Below, in pieces: positions 22,754 to 33,340 of a stretch of 43,369 nucleotides of DNA. Each line of letters begins with the position of its first letter. Within the stretch, counting starts at the first letter, position 1. Source of the stretch: a virus (taxonomy: Duplodnaviria; Caudoviricetes); the IMG/VR virus record IMGVR_UViG_3300037043_000007, positions 1 through 43,369 of that record, one strand, 5' to 3'. The translations under genes were made by a program, and so were the position numbers. The notes below the pieces were generated by a model that was given only the letters and a program-made list of their open reading frames with translations, did not search any database and was not told where the DNA came from.

Positions 22754-24613
22754 ATGCCAGCAAATTCGAGGTATTTCTCTAACTCATACACATCGCCTTC
22801 ATCTCTATTAAAGACGATACAAGCAGCTCGTAATAAGCAGGAAGCCATTGAAGATAAAACAATGGACTTCTATTATGATTTTGACCAGATTTCCAGAGAC
22901 GAATATAGAGCTTTCGTTAAGAAAAGACAAGAACAATATAAGGGCGACCCAACCCAATCTATTAATTGGGAAAGAAAAGCATTTCAGGTAGAGAAAGACG
23001 ATAGGGCAGATTATAGAAGAAATACGATGCTTGAAGCTTCATTTTTAGGCAATGACACTGACGCAAAAAGACAAAAGTCTTTAAAGATGTATGAACAGCT
23101 ATATTACTCAGCATTAGAAGATGGTGATAATAACGCAGCAATAGCAGCTATGACCTCATATAATAATACTTTAACTGCGATACAAAGTGCTGCACAAAGT
23201 GCATCCGACAGTGCTGGTAAAAAAGCAATAGCAGCACAGAAAAAATATGTATCACAAACGGTTAAAGATTGGAAAGCCTACGAGGCATATGTTGCGAGAA
23301 CTACGAAAGACCCATATGAAGCAAGGGCAAAATTACAATCAGCAGCACTAAATGGTGTTAATGATGGTAAGTTCAGCTTTGATTCTCCAATGTCAGTCCT
23401 AGAGAGTGCACAGTTTATGACTGATGCTGACGGTAATCCATTAATTGCAGAAGATACAATCAACAAAAACTCACAAGACTTCTTAGACTTAAATCTAATG
23501 GACTTAGATGATGCTGGGAATTTTGTCCCAAAAGAGTTTGGAGACCAAGCAGAAGTAGATAAGTTCAACCAACAAGAGTCAGAGATGGTCAGGGTTTATG
23601 ATAAAGACGCAACTGATAAACTAAGAAGCGATAAACCTATTTATAAGCTAGTAAGGCCTAGCCAAATTAAAGATAACCAAGCTATTATGGGTAGAACTGT
23701 TTATGATGTAGCTGATGACGATAAGAGCGGGATTAAAGTAGCTACGGGTGGAACGAGAACATTACAGAATAACGGGCAAACCATACTTAAAGATGGAAAA
23801 CCTATTAGGGTAGATAACCAATGGGCCCTTATAAATAGAATGAAAGAATCAGATATGCCAGCAGACCAGGCCGAGTTCCTTGAAAGGACTGGAGTTACCA
23901 ATAATGGCAGGTTCTTAGTTGAACAGGCAGTATACAACGATAAAGGTGAAGTAGTCCGTAAGCCAATGAATATAAAAGACCAGTTAAAAGTTGCAACCAC
24001 TAATGCACAGTTCCAAGAAAACCCATTTAATCCATTTTCTAGCCCACTAAGCACAGTCACGGGAGAAAAGATAAGTGGTGGAAACATATTCACAGATGAT
24101 AAAGCTTTCAAGCAGGGAATAAAGTCTATAGTAGATAGTAAAACTGCACAAAATATTGGACTAAAACTTTTCGGTGGCGGTGGTACAGCCCAGGGTGGTA
24201 TATATACTGATGCTAAGAACAAATATATGGCTGGTATGCAAGATTGGGAAAGACAAACACTATCAAAGGCTGGGTATAGTCCAGAACAATGGTTCAATAT
24301 GAATACTGCATCTAGGAAAAAAGCAGCAGAGAAATATGGTACTATTAAACCAGCCCAACCTATGGCACCAATAAAAAGTGTAGGTAATTTAGCAATGAAC
24401 TTAGCACCGCAAATGAAAGTTCCAGTATTAAATAAGGCTATGCAAACAGTCGGTAGAATGTTTGGTGGTGGTAAACAGCTTTTAGGTAAAAAGGGCGGAA
24501 TAGACTACTATAGAGTGAAAAAAGCTGACGGGGGATATGACTTTATTAAGGGGAATAACTTTAAGCTTAGCGAATTAGATGCCATAAAAGAACTTGGTAG
24601 AAAGAGTTGGTAA
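22754..24613 (+). CDS. putative internal virion (ejection) protein
   Basis: 619 aa, A/K/D/Q-rich, lacks Cys; lies in the structural operon. Confidence 0.5.
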   Translation: MPANSRYFSNSYTSPSSLLKTIQAARNKQEAIEDKTMDFYYDFDQISRDEYRAFVKKRQEQYKGDPTQSINWERKAFQVEKDDRADYRRNTMLEASFLGNDTDAKRQKSLKMYEQLYYSALEDGDNNAAIAAMTSYNNTLTAIQSAAQSASDSAGKKAIAAQKKYVSQTVKDWKAYEAYVARTTKDPYEARAKLQSAALNGVNDGKFSFDSPMSVLESAQFMTDADGNPLIAEDTINKNSQDFLDLNLMDLDDAGNFVPKEFGDQAEVDKFNQQESEMVRVYDKDATDKLRSDKPIYKLVRPSQIKDNQAIMGRTVYDVADDDKSGIKVATGGTRTLQNNGQTILKDGKPIRVDNQWALINRMKESDMPADQAEFLERTGVTNNGRFLVEQAVYNDKGEVVRKPMNIKDQLKVATTNAQFQENPFNPFSSPLSTVTGEKISGGNIFTDDKAFKQGIKSIVDSKTAQNIGLKLFGGGGTAQGGIYTDAKNKYMAGMQDWERQTLSKAGYSPEQWFNMNTASRKKAAEKYGTIKPAQPMAPIKSVGNLAMNLAPQMKVPVLNKAMQTVGRMFGGGKQLLGKKGGIDYYRVKKADGGYDFIKGNNFKLSELDAIKELGRKSW

Positions 24614-24616
24614 TAA

Positions 24617-27600
24617 ATGGCTATTGTAAGAAAAAATAAGGCAGTAGGTAATGTGTCTTCTGGCCTCAGCTTTGCTGGGACTAAAAAATATGCAGACTAT
24701 GGAGAATTTCAGAAGACAAACCTAAGTGTACCGAATTATCCAGTATCGAACGCTATGCGTTCTATTGGTATTGGTGGAGCTGGGGTCTTAGGATTCTTAG
24801 GCAACGCACTTAACCCAGTTAAAGCCACGGAAGCAGTCTGGGGTGCAATACAGGGGACTGGTAGATTTGTTAAAAACTTAGCGGAAGCCTCTTCACAACG
24901 TGCACTTACAGATATACAGCTACAAGATAAGTCTAGAGAACGTGCCGATATGGAGTTTAATCAACTCAGAGATAGATATAAGAAGGGTAAAATAAGCCAA
25001 GCAGAATTTAAAGCTGGACTTAAATCAGTTCAAGCACAATACGCTGGACAATCACAAGAATTACAAGATATAGAAACTAAACTCCCATCAGATAAGGAAG
25101 TAATGGACAACGCACTATCTGCTATGTCTGTAGCCTCAATGGGGTTAAAGTTTGGACCTAAGAACAAGTCAGCACTAGGGCAACAGCTAACGAGAGAGAC
25201 TAGAATGGCACAAAAAGGCCTTTCTAAAGGATTACTAGGTGTAACGGCTAAGGCACCAGCTAAATCATTTGTAGGTAAGGCTATAAATGCTCTTAATGTC
25301 TTAGAAAGAACTAATGTTGGTAGAATTGCTGGGACTGTCGGAGAATTAGCACTTAGAAAACAAATAGCACCTAAGATTGGTGCAGAAATAAGTAAAAACT
25401 TCTTATCTGGTGATTTAGCTAAGGGAGTCAACGAAGAACAAATAATTAAAGGCCCAGCAAGGGATGTTCTAGATATAGTTTGGGGAACTGTTACTAATCT
25501 ACCAATGACAGCTAAATTTTATAATAAAGTAGGTAAATTTGTTCAGGGGGCTAAAGAAACTGTTGGATATAAGAACCTAAGCTCTGCAGTAGATAAAGTA
25601 TGGGGGAATTCTAAATTGTTGAACCGTTCAGAGAAGATTTCCAGTGCTTTATCTGGACTCACCAAGGATACTAAAATAACAAACAAAGAACTCTTAATGA
25701 GAGGTATTGTGAATTGGGCGGACGAACGAGGGATTAGGTTACAAGATATAACAGAAAAAACAGTTATAGACTTTCAAAAACATTTAGAAAGGTCTGGCGG
25801 TTGGATTCAGCTTAACAATAATCCAGAAGCACAATTACAGCACTTTATAGTAGCAAATAGAAGAGGTACTTGGACTAATAAGGCACCAAATGCTGATGAA
25901 GTATCAAAAGCTTTTAATAAGTCGGAGTCTGGGCAAGACCTATTTGGCCCTAAACCTAAAGTCAGCGGAACAATGCCAAAGACAACTAAATATGTAGACG
26001 ATAAGCTTGGGTTCGTTGGTGATGACTTAAAACAATTAGGTTCACCCAAAATTGCAGGTAAGACAGTATCTCCAGCAATAAAAACAAGAAAAGATGGAAC
26101 TAAATATATTAGCAAGAGGACTGTAGTTCAAGAAGGTTCTGCTATGCCTATCGGTAAACCAGTTAAGGGTGGGGTAGATATACCAATTACTAAACAAATA
26201 CCTATAACTAAACTTAAAAAGGTAGAAGATGTGTCAAAACAGTTACAATTAGAAGGGCCCTCTGCGTTTAAAACGGTTAGTGAACCAGAAATAGGTAATT
26301 TTATTAAAGTAATGGCGGAAAAGGGTAAACCAACACAGTTTGCCAACATTACAGATATGATTACTAAAGTAAGGCCGAAGCTGATGCCTGGGATAACTGG
26401 AAACCTGCAAAAAACATTAGCTAACCAAATAATAGGCCCACTAGCTAAGACAAAGCTTGGCGGTAAAATGCTAACCAAGATAAATACATACACATTATCG
26501 TTAGAAATGAACGACAACATTAAATATGCCTTAGAAGATAAGTATGGTGTTTCTGATGCTAGGAAGATACAAGCCGCTATAGACAAAGAGATGTCAGATA
26601 TGTCTGCATTTATGCCAGCACATACAGCTCAAGATGTTTCGAATAAGGCACTTGCTAGAATTGCTAAAGACTTAAAAATACCTGGACTCAAAGGTCCAGA
26701 GCTAAGAAGCCTTGTAGCTAGTAGTATTTACGACACACTAAAAGCTAATAATATATTCTCTATCAAACAAAAATTATACACAAAGATACCAGCATTAACT
26801 AGATTAGAGAAATTATACCAAGCTGGTAGGTTTACAGCTAGACCATCTTTCTTACTACAACAAACACCCGAAACATTTATCTATGGAATGATGGATGCTG
26901 CTGGAATGAAAGGCACTACTAGAAAAATCGGGGAGAGGATTGCCAAAGCACCAGTTGTTGGTGAAAAAGCTTCTTCATATATAAGGGCAGCTGGAGATGC
27001 TGGTGTTATGGGAAGAACTGGAATAGATGTAGAAAAATCAGGATTCAAGTTTGAGTTAGCTGGTAGAGTTAAATCCGCTTCCATACATTATTTGGATGCT
27101 TATAAAGATGCAGTAGCTAAGACACCATTAGGGAAACAAGCTATTAAGCAATATGGTAATATTGATAAAGTCCCACACATAAAAGAGTTTACGAAACGGT
27201 TAAATAATGCAGATGACCCTGCACTAGAAATACTTTCATTTATAAAAGAGAATAAAGGACTTAGAAATGAAGAAGGTAGATTCCTATTTAAGAAGGCTGG
27301 AGTTACTGGGGCTACTGACCCCTGGAAACAAGTAGATATGGCATTAGCTAATAAAGCTTGGGATAAGGCAAGAGACGCTGGAGCTGGAATACAATTATAT
27401 AACCCCTATAGGAGTGCTTGGGAAAGACAGTTACACAATGTTGCATTCCCTTACTCTTATGTTAAGAAATTTACTACTAAGGTTGGTAAATATCTAACCA
27501 CAGGTAAGGCAATACGACCTATAGCGGCAGAGAAAGTCCTAAAGACTTATACGGCCACTAGAGATGAGATGGAAAAACGGGCAGTGAACGAACCGCAGTG

Positions 27601-28093
27601 GAGACCACTATTATTTGCTATGAGTGTCTTTGACCCATTCTCAACAGAATACCCAATAACAGCTGGTGGACTAACACCGTTCTGGCGAACTATAGAGAGA
27701 ATGGCGTTTAACCCAGACTCATATAATATGACTACCGATTCTGGGAGAAAGCTTGTTCTGAATAATTTAGTTCCTGCGCTAAAAGAAGCGAATAGATATA
27801 TGGGCTTCTTAGAAAATGCAGCTGGAAGGGAAGAGAACTATCTACAAAAATCTTTCTACCCTGAATATAACGAAGTAACCAAGAAGATGGTTGAAGACAA
27901 GAAGAACGTTAAAAAGATTAAGTCGTTCAGTAAGGAAGACCCAGAAGTGCTGTCAAGGATAAGAAAGCTTGGGCCATATAAGCCACTACAATCATTTGCT
28001 ACAGGAAAATCTAAGACATTATCAGAAATATCTGCTAAGTATGCCAAGAAGAAAAAGGGTAAAAAGATATTCCATTTAGGGAAGACATTGTAA
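24617..28093 (+). CDS. large putative internal virion/ejection protein
   Basis: 1158 aa, K/G/A-rich, lacks Cys; C-terminal FPYSY..K motif reminiscent of phage DNA-transfer proteins. Confidence 0.55.
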   Translation: MAIVRKNKAVGNVSSGLSFAGTKKYADYGEFQKTNLSVPNYPVSNAMRSIGIGGAGVLGFLGNALNPVKATEAVWGAIQGTGRFVKNLAEASSQRALTDIQLQDKSRERADMEFNQLRDRYKKGKISQAEFKAGLKSVQAQYAGQSQELQDIETKLPSDKEVMDNALSAMSVASMGLKFGPKNKSALGQQLTRETRMAQKGLSKGLLGVTAKAPAKSFVGKAINALNVLERTNVGRIAGTVGELALRKQIAPKIGAEISKNFLSGDLAKGVNEEQIIKGPARDVLDIVWGTVTNLPMTAKFYNKVGKFVQGAKETVGYKNLSSAVDKVWGNSKLLNRSEKISSALSGLTKDTKITNKELLMRGIVNWADERGIRLQDITEKTVIDFQKHLERSGGWIQLNNNPEAQLQHFIVANRRGTWTNKAPNADEVSKAFNKSESGQDLFGPKPKVSGTMPKTTKYVDDKLGFVGDDLKQLGSPKIAGKTVSPAIKTRKDGTKYISKRTVVQEGSAMPIGKPVKGGVDIPITKQIPITKLKKVEDVSKQLQLEGPSAFKTVSEPEIGNFIKVMAEKGKPTQFANITDMITKVRPKLMPGITGNLQKTLANQIIGPLAKTKLGGKMLTKINTYTLSLEMNDNIKYALEDKYGVSDARKIQAAIDKEMSDMSAFMPAHTAQDVSNKALARIAKDLKIPGLKGPELRSLVASSIYDTLKANNIFSIKQKLYTKIPALTRLEKLYQAGRFTARPSFLLQQTPETFIYGMMDAAGMKGTTRKIGERIAKAPVVGEKASSYIRAAGDAGVMGRTGIDVEKSGFKFELAGRVKSASIHYLDAYKDAVAKTPLGKQAIKQYGNIDKVPHIKEFTKRLNNADDPALEILSFIKENKGLRNEEGRFLFKKAGVTGATDPWKQVDMALANKAWDKARDAGAGIQLYNPYRSAWERQLHNVAFPYSYVKKFTTKVGKYLTTGKAIRPIAAEKVLKTYTATRDEMEKRAVNEPQWRPLLFAMSVFDPFSTEYPITAGGLTPFWRTIERMAFNPDSYNMTTDSGRKLVLNNLVPALKEANRYMGFLENAAGREENYLQKSFYPEYNEVTKKMVEDKKNVKKIKSFSKEDPEVLSRIRKLGPYKPLQSFATGKSKTLSEISAKYAKKKKGKKIFHLGKTL

Positions 28094-28130
28094 GGTTTTG
28101 GGCATAAAATTGGTATAATTATAGTAGAAG
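28090..28130 (+). promoter_or_regulatory. phage late promoter motif, copy 2 (upstream of scaffold and capsid)
   Basis: GTAAGGTTTTG-N13-TATAAT-N4-GTAGAAG. Confidence 0.8.
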
Positions 28131-28138
28131 GATAAATA

Positions 28139-28285
28139 ATGAGCCCACACTACAATTTCCAATGCCCTAGTAAACATAAATTCAATGAATTGGCTTTGCC
28201 TGGGACTAAGTATATGAAATGTGATTGTGGAAAGGCTGCTAAACGAACTTATGACGAAATGCGACCACAAGAAAAGAAGAGCTAA
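28139..28285 (+). CDS. small FmdB-like Zn-ribbon protein (48 aa; not in the ORF track)
   Basis: AAGGA RBS; MSPHYNFQCPSKHKFNE...KCDCGKAAKR. Confidence 0.6.
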   Translation: MSPHYNFQCPSKHKFNELALPGTKYMKCDCGKAAKRTYDEMRPQEKKS

Positions 28286-28388
28286 CAATATGATGTACTG
28301 TGATGTATGTGGCGTTAAGTTATTTAATGATAAGGCACCAGGAATGTTATCCTTTGAAGGCTCGTATAATGCTACAAGAGATAAATAA
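28251..28388 (+). CDS. small Zn-ribbon protein (45 aa; not in the ORF track)
   Basis: MTKCDHK...YCDVCGVKL... Confidence 0.45.
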   Translation: MTKCDHKKRRANNMMYCDVCGVKLFNDKAPGMLSFEGSYNATRDK

Positions 28389-28416
28389 AAAGAAAGTAAT
28401 TAAATAAGGAGTGTAT

Positions 28417-29124
28417 ATGTCAGAAAGCTTGCAAAATGCTCAGGACACTACAGCGGAAGTTGTAGAAACAGAGGACGCACAAGAGAACAAGACTATTAAC
28501 CAGGAAGACACTACTAAGGTTGAAGAACCAAAAGTAGAAACAGAACCAAAAGAGGAAGTTTTCTCAAAAGAGGAGCTTGAAGCGGCTAAACTAGCAGCAG
28601 ACAAAGCCCAAAAAAGAGCAAACCAACTTGAACACGAACTAAAGGAAGCTCTGTCATCAACAGAATCCAATAGTGAAACAGTTGAGCAACTAAAGGCTCG
28701 TTTAGAGGCTATAGAAGCTGAACGTGAGGCTGATGCTACAGCAGAAGCCACAGCAGAACAGGAAAAGATAATGACTCAAAAAGCTAAAGAAGTTTTTGAG
28801 AAAGGATTATCTAAATATCCTGAACAAGTCCAGAAAATAGCGAAAGCTACTTATGGCGATGACCCTTGGAGTGCTTTTGGTCAGGTGGACACCTGGTTTG
28901 ATGCCGAAAGTAATCTAGTCGCAAAACTTAATGCTATTGAGGATAACCTCGATACCACTAATGTTAGGGTAGATAACAATAATCCTATCGAACCGAAAGA
29001 TAAACCCAAAGATATTCAGTTTGAAGGCGATGGAGTCCCAACAGACGATGTCGTCGAACTACTCTCTAAGAGAGCAGCAGAAGACTTTAAAAAAGAGGGC
29101 ATAAATTATCCTTTCGATAGATAG
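28417..29124 (+). CDS. capsid scaffolding protein
   Basis: Acidic coiled coil directly before the capsid gene; AAGGAG RBS. Confidence 0.75.
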   Translation: MSESLQNAQDTTAEVVETEDAQENKTINQEDTTKVEEPKVETEPKEEVFSKEELEAAKLAADKAQKRANQLEHELKEALSSTESNSETVEQLKARLEAIEAEREADATAEATAEQEKIMTQKAKEVFEKGLSKYPEQVQKIAKATYGDDPWSAFGQVDTWFDAESNLVAKLNAIEDNLDTTNVRVDNNNPIEPKDKPKDIQFEGDGVPTDDVVELLSKRAAEDFKKEGINYPFDR

Positions 29125-29143
29125 ACAATAATGAGGTAATATT

Positions 29144-30049
29144 ATGGCAATAGGACTACAAAGTTACCAAGACGGAGTTCGTAAAGATGACGTTTTAGAT
29201 TTAATCACAAACGTTGACTACAAGAACACCCCACTTTACAGTGGTCTTGGAACAACTACAGCATTTAACACTTACCACGAATGGCCAGAAGATACTTTTG
29301 ATGCTGCTGCACACAATGCAGTCATCGAAGGTGCTGACGCTACAGTGGTTGACCATACGACTGCAACTCGTAAAGGTAACATAACACAAATCTTTAGAAA
29401 AGTGTTACAAGTTACTGATACTGAAAGAGCAATCGATATTTATGGAATGAAAGACCCTTATGCATACCAGCAAATGAAAGCTATGGTTGCTTTCGCTAGA
29501 GACGTTGAAAATGCTCTAGTAGCTGGAACAACTGCATCAGGTTCATCTGGTGTTGCTAGAAAATTGAGTGGAGCAATTCAGCAAATCTCTACAAACAAAA
29601 CAGCAAGAAACTCAGGTACATCCTTAACTGAAGTTGAGTTCAATGATATCTTCCAAGGTATTTATGACTCAGGTACAGAAGATGTAGCTAATGAAGTATA
29701 TGTAAACTCTTATTTGAAGAGAGCTATATCTCGTTTAACAGGTGGTGCAACTAAACAAGTTGACGCTTCTGACAAACGTCTATGGAACTCTGTATCTGTA
29801 TATGAAGGTGACTTCGGTACAGTAAGAGTATATCTTTCAAGAGTTATGCCTAACGCTGCTGCTGCTTGTGCATTACTTGCTATTCGCCCAGAATACTTAA
29901 AAGTTGCCTACCTAAATGGTAGAAAACCTAAACATACTCCTTTAGCAAAGACTGGTTCTGCTACTAAAGGTATGATAGAAGGTGAACTAACTCTAGAAGT
30001 ACGTGGTGAAAAGACTTGTGCATACAGAAGTGGTTATGTAAGAAGTTAA
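29144..30049 (+). CDS. major capsid protein (SU10/DUF5309 family)
   Basis: DVLDLITNVD..NTPL, HEWPED, GNITQIFRK.LQVT.TE.A, YEGDFG and LAKTGSA.KGMI.GE.TLE motifs. Confidence 0.9.
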   Translation: MAIGLQSYQDGVRKDDVLDLITNVDYKNTPLYSGLGTTTAFNTYHEWPEDTFDAAAHNAVIEGADATVVDHTTATRKGNITQIFRKVLQVTDTERAIDIYGMKDPYAYQQMKAMVAFARDVENALVAGTTASGSSGVARKLSGAIQQISTNKTARNSGTSLTEVEFNDIFQGIYDSGTEDVANEVYVNSYLKRAISRLTGGATKQVDASDKRLWNSVSVYEGDFGTVRVYLSRVMPNAAAACALLAIRPEYLKVAYLNGRKPKHTPLAKTGSATKGMIEGELTLEVRGEKTCAYRSGYVRS

Positions 30050-30051
30050 TT

Positions 30052-30093
30052 CTTAGTTCTGATGGGAGCCGACACTTCGGCTCTCTGACTGAG
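30052..30093 (+). other. hairpin after the capsid gene (mRNA stabiliser or attenuator)
   Basis: GGGAGCCGA-CACT-TCGGCTCTC inside CTTAGT/ACTGAG; no U tract. Confidence 0.55.
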
Positions 30094-30103
30094 AGGAGAA
30101 TTT

Positions 30104-30421
30104 ATGAGAAACTATGGGAAAAAGGTTTTTGACCGAACGGACAAAGACAGGGATTTAATCAAACTAATGATTGAATCTTGGGTAATGTCACATCAAGCAG
30201 AGATGGCTTATCATCTAACTCAAATAGAAGAGATAAGAAACAATTTAAGGGATAAGGACTTAGCTAGGTCTGAAAGTAAATATGGAAGACACGCGTTAGA
30301 GATACCAGAAGATTTATTCTTAAAGATTAAGAAAATCGCACCAGACTTTTTACAAGATAAAAGAAGCTTAACTTGGTTTATGAGGGAATTTCCAATGTTT
30401 AGAATTGGATATTTAGTCTAG
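30104..30421 (+). CDS. hypothetical virion-associated protein
   Basis: GAGGAG RBS; lies right after the capsid gene. Confidence 0.6.
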   Translation: MRNYGKKVFDRTDKDRDLIKLMIESWVMSHQAEMAYHLTQIEEIRNNLRDKDLARSESKYGRHALEIPEDLFLKIKKIAPDFLQDKRSLTWFMREFPMFRIGYLV

Positions 30422-30428
30422 GAGGGTT

Positions 30429-31046
30429 ATGAAAGAAGAAAGAGAATGTCTAGTTTGCCATAAGATTTTTCATATTTTCAAATGCCACCTAAGAAAGGGC
30501 GGGGGGAAATATTGTTCTTATAGGTGTATGGGTGATGATAGGCTTGGCAAAAAGAGTTATATACGCACCGAGGAACATAGAAAAAAGATGAGTGATATTA
30601 TAAAAAACCATCCCGTGGCCGAAAAACAAAGAAAGAGGTTTTCTGAAATGAACAGTAGTCGAAAAGGAAAGACTATAGAAGAGATATTTGGTGCAGATAA
30701 GGCAGAAGAGATAAGAAAGAAACATAGTAGGTTTGGTAAAGACAATCACAACTGGAAGGGTGGTAAATCTTTTCTACCATACAGTTATGAGTTCAACATA
30801 GAAAAGAAGTTAACCATCAAAGATAGAGATGGTTATATTTGTTTATTGTGTGGTGTTGAGGAAAATATTGTAAGAGACGAAGACACTCTTAATAGAGGAC
30901 TTACAATACACCATATAGATTATGATAGAAATAACTGTGATAACAATAATCTAATAACATTATGCAAAAGATGCAACTCTATAGCCAATGGTGACAGAGA
31001 TTTTTGGACTAAATATTATAGGGAGGTGTTACTGTGTCTCGTATAA
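30429..31046 (+). CDS. HNH homing endonuclease with NUMOD3-like motifs
   Basis: NHNWKGG, RDGYICLLCG and IHHIDYDRNN...NLITLCKRCN motifs. Confidence 0.88.
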   Translation: MKEERECLVCHKIFHIFKCHLRKGGGKYCSYRCMGDDRLGKKSYIRTEEHRKKMSDIIKNHPVAEKQRKRFSEMNSSRKGKTIEEIFGADKAEEIRKKHSRFGKDNHNWKGGKSFLPYSYEFNIEKKLTIKDRDGYICLLCGVEENIVRDEDTLNRGLTIHHIDYDRNNCDNNNLITLCKRCNSIANGDRDFWTKYYREVLLCLV

Positions 31047-33340
31047 AACTTGCGTGGTGCGTGATAGTTAAACCAGACGACAATGAGGCAAAGCTCTTAG
31101 ATAGGTCTTTACGGTCGTTCAAGGGGAATGTTGATAAATTTTTTATAACAATTACTGGAGAAAATAGTAAAGTAGAAGAAGTAGCTAAGAAGTATAATGC
31201 AGATATATCTTATATAAAATGGGGAAAAGACTTTTCCAAGGCAAGGAATTTTAATTTCAGTAGAGTAGATAAAAGTTTTGATTTTATCGGGTGGAGTGAT
31301 GCAGATGACATTGTAGAGAATCCACAGAACATTAAAAATGTGCTGGCTAAAGCAAGCCCAAAAGTTGGTGGTATAGTTGTTAATTATGACTATGACCACG
31401 ATGAGTATGGAAATGTGACTGTTAGTCATCCGAAACTTAGAATAGTCAGGCGAGAAGCAGACTACGAATGGGTAGGAGTAATCCACGAAAACTTAATGGA
31501 TGAAGTAAATACCCCAATAGCCAAAACTGACCTTATAAATATAGTTCATAAATCAGAGAATTCTGACAAAGCAACAACTAGAAACCTAGAGATTATAGAA
31601 GCCGAAGTGAAAAGACAAAGAGACGAGGGAAAAGAAGTAGACCCAAGACTCACTTATTACTTGGGGATTACATATAAAGCATTGGGGATACATAACGTTG
31701 CAGAAGAGATATTGAGAATATTTACAAGAATGTCTGGATGGGATGAGCAGAGATATGACGCTTACTTAAATTTAGCAGAGATTGCACTAGAGGCGGGTAA
31801 AGAAAATGCAGCCATAGATTATGCCTTACTCGCAGTTAAAGAGAAACCAGAGTTCCCAGATGCCTGCTATCTATTAGGGAAAATATATAAAACATTCAGC
31901 AGGTGGGAAAAAGCTAGAGATTGGATATTGTTAGGCTTTAATAAGAAGGCAGTATATGGTGATTGGATTACAGTCGCTAGGAAGCCACAAGCTTTGGGTG
32001 ATATAGCAGAGGCATATACTAATCTTGGCCAATTTAAAGAAGCTAATAAATACTTGTTGAAACTACAGAAGTTAATGCCTAAAGAAAAGGCGATAACTAA
32101 GAACATTGATTTAAATAATAAGCTACAAAAAGAAAAAGATGTAGTAAATGCTTTCTTTAAAATAGAAAGATATAATAGAAAAAGTAATAAGCTGAAGAAT
32201 AGGAAATTAGTTCAAGCTATTCCCCAAAACTTATTTGATAACCCAGCATTACTGCGATTAAAGTGGAAGTATCAGAAACCAGAGCAATGGGCTGATAACT
32301 CTATAGTTATATACTGCGGAGAGAGCTGGGAAGAATGGAACCCTACAACTATTGCAAGTGGTATAGGCGGTAGTGAAGAAGCAGTTATATACCTTTCACA
32401 GGAACTTACTAAACTCGGATATAAGGTTACAGTATACAATTCTTGTGGTGAAGATAAAGACTATGACGGAGTGACTTATAAAAACTATTGGGAATTCAAT
32501 GGTGGAGATAAGTTTAACATTTTAATAGGGTGGAGAACTCCTGGGTTTTTCTCAGATGAGTTTGACACTAAAAAGAAATACCTTTGGTTACACGATGTCT
32601 ATCCAGATAAAGCGTTCTCAAAGAATATTCTAAAGAACCTTGATAAGGTTATTGTCCTTTCAAAATATCATAGAAATCTATTCCCTAGTATACCAGAAGA
32701 TAAAATACTGTATTCTGCTAATGGGATAGTTCAAGAACAATTCAGTGTTCCAGAAAAGAAGCAAAAGAATAGAATGATTTATGGCTCTTGTCCTTCAAGA
32801 GGATTAGAGATATTAGTTGATGCTTGGCCAAAGGTCTTAGAAAAAGACCCCAATGCAGAGCTTCACGTATTCTATGGGTGGGATAATTTCATTAAGGGAA
32901 ATAATAATTATCCTCATAAAATGCAATGGATGGAACAGCTGAAAGAAAAGATGAAACAGAAGAACATCTTTGACCACGGCAGAGTTGGGCATAAAGAAAT
33001 AGCCAAAGAATACCTAAAGGCAGACCTATGGCCTTACCCTTGCATATTCCCAGAGATTAGTTGTATATCCGCAATGAAAGCACAAGTCGCTGGAGCAATA
33101 CCTATTGTAGTCCCATTCGGAGCAGTTGATGAGACGGTTCAGTATGGATACAAAACAGAAGGCTTAGATGCTTTACAACAAGAAGTGGTAGATGAATATG
33201 TTGCTAACCTATTAGACGCTATGGATAAGCCAAGAGATAAAGACTTTGACGCAGCAAGGGCAGAGATGATTGACTGGGCAAAGAAAACCTATAACTGGGG
33301 AACAGTCGCTAAACAATGGTCAGAGGAATTCAATGCGTAA
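31034..33340 (+). CDS. multidomain glycosyltransferase: GT2 (GT-A), TPR repeats, GT4 (GT-B)
   Basis: DFSKARN/WSDADD/W.G.IHE (GT2); TPR repeats; GIGGSEEA, LWLHD and EISCISAMKAQVAG (GT4). Confidence 0.9.
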   Translation: MSRIKLAWCVIVKPDDNEAKLLDRSLRSFKGNVDKFFITITGENSKVEEVAKKYNADISYIKWGKDFSKARNFNFSRVDKSFDFIGWSDADDIVENPQNIKNVLAKASPKVGGIVVNYDYDHDEYGNVTVSHPKLRIVRREADYEWVGVIHENLMDEVNTPIAKTDLINIVHKSENSDKATTRNLEIIEAEVKRQRDEGKEVDPRLTYYLGITYKALGIHNVAEEILRIFTRMSGWDEQRYDAYLNLAEIALEAGKENAAIDYALLAVKEKPEFPDACYLLGKIYKTFSRWEKARDWILLGFNKKAVYGDWITVARKPQALGDIAEAYTNLGQFKEANKYLLKLQKLMPKEKAITKNIDLNNKLQKEKDVVNAFFKIERYNRKSNKLKNRKLVQAIPQNLFDNPALLRLKWKYQKPEQWADNSIVIYCGESWEEWNPTTIASGIGGSEEAVIYLSQELTKLGYKVTVYNSCGEDKDYDGVTYKNYWEFNGGDKFNILIGWRTPGFFSDEFDTKKKYLWLHDVYPDKAFSKNILKNLDKVIVLSKYHRNLFPSIPEDKILYSANGIVQEQFSVPEKKQKNRMIYGSCPSRGLEILVDAWPKVLEKDPNAELHVFYGWDNFIKGNNNYPHKMQWMEQLKEKMKQKNIFDHGRVGHKEIAKEYLKADLWPYPCIFPEISCISAMKAQVAGAIPIVVPFGAVDETVQYGYKTEGLDALQQEVVDEYVANLLDAMDKPRDKDFDAARAEMIDWAKKTYNWGTVAKQWSEEFNA

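Noticed and set aside
30429-31046. Group I intron around the HNH gene
   Set aside because: Neighbouring genes look intact and the HNH has its own RBS with no flanking space for intron structure; it is a free-standing endonuclease.
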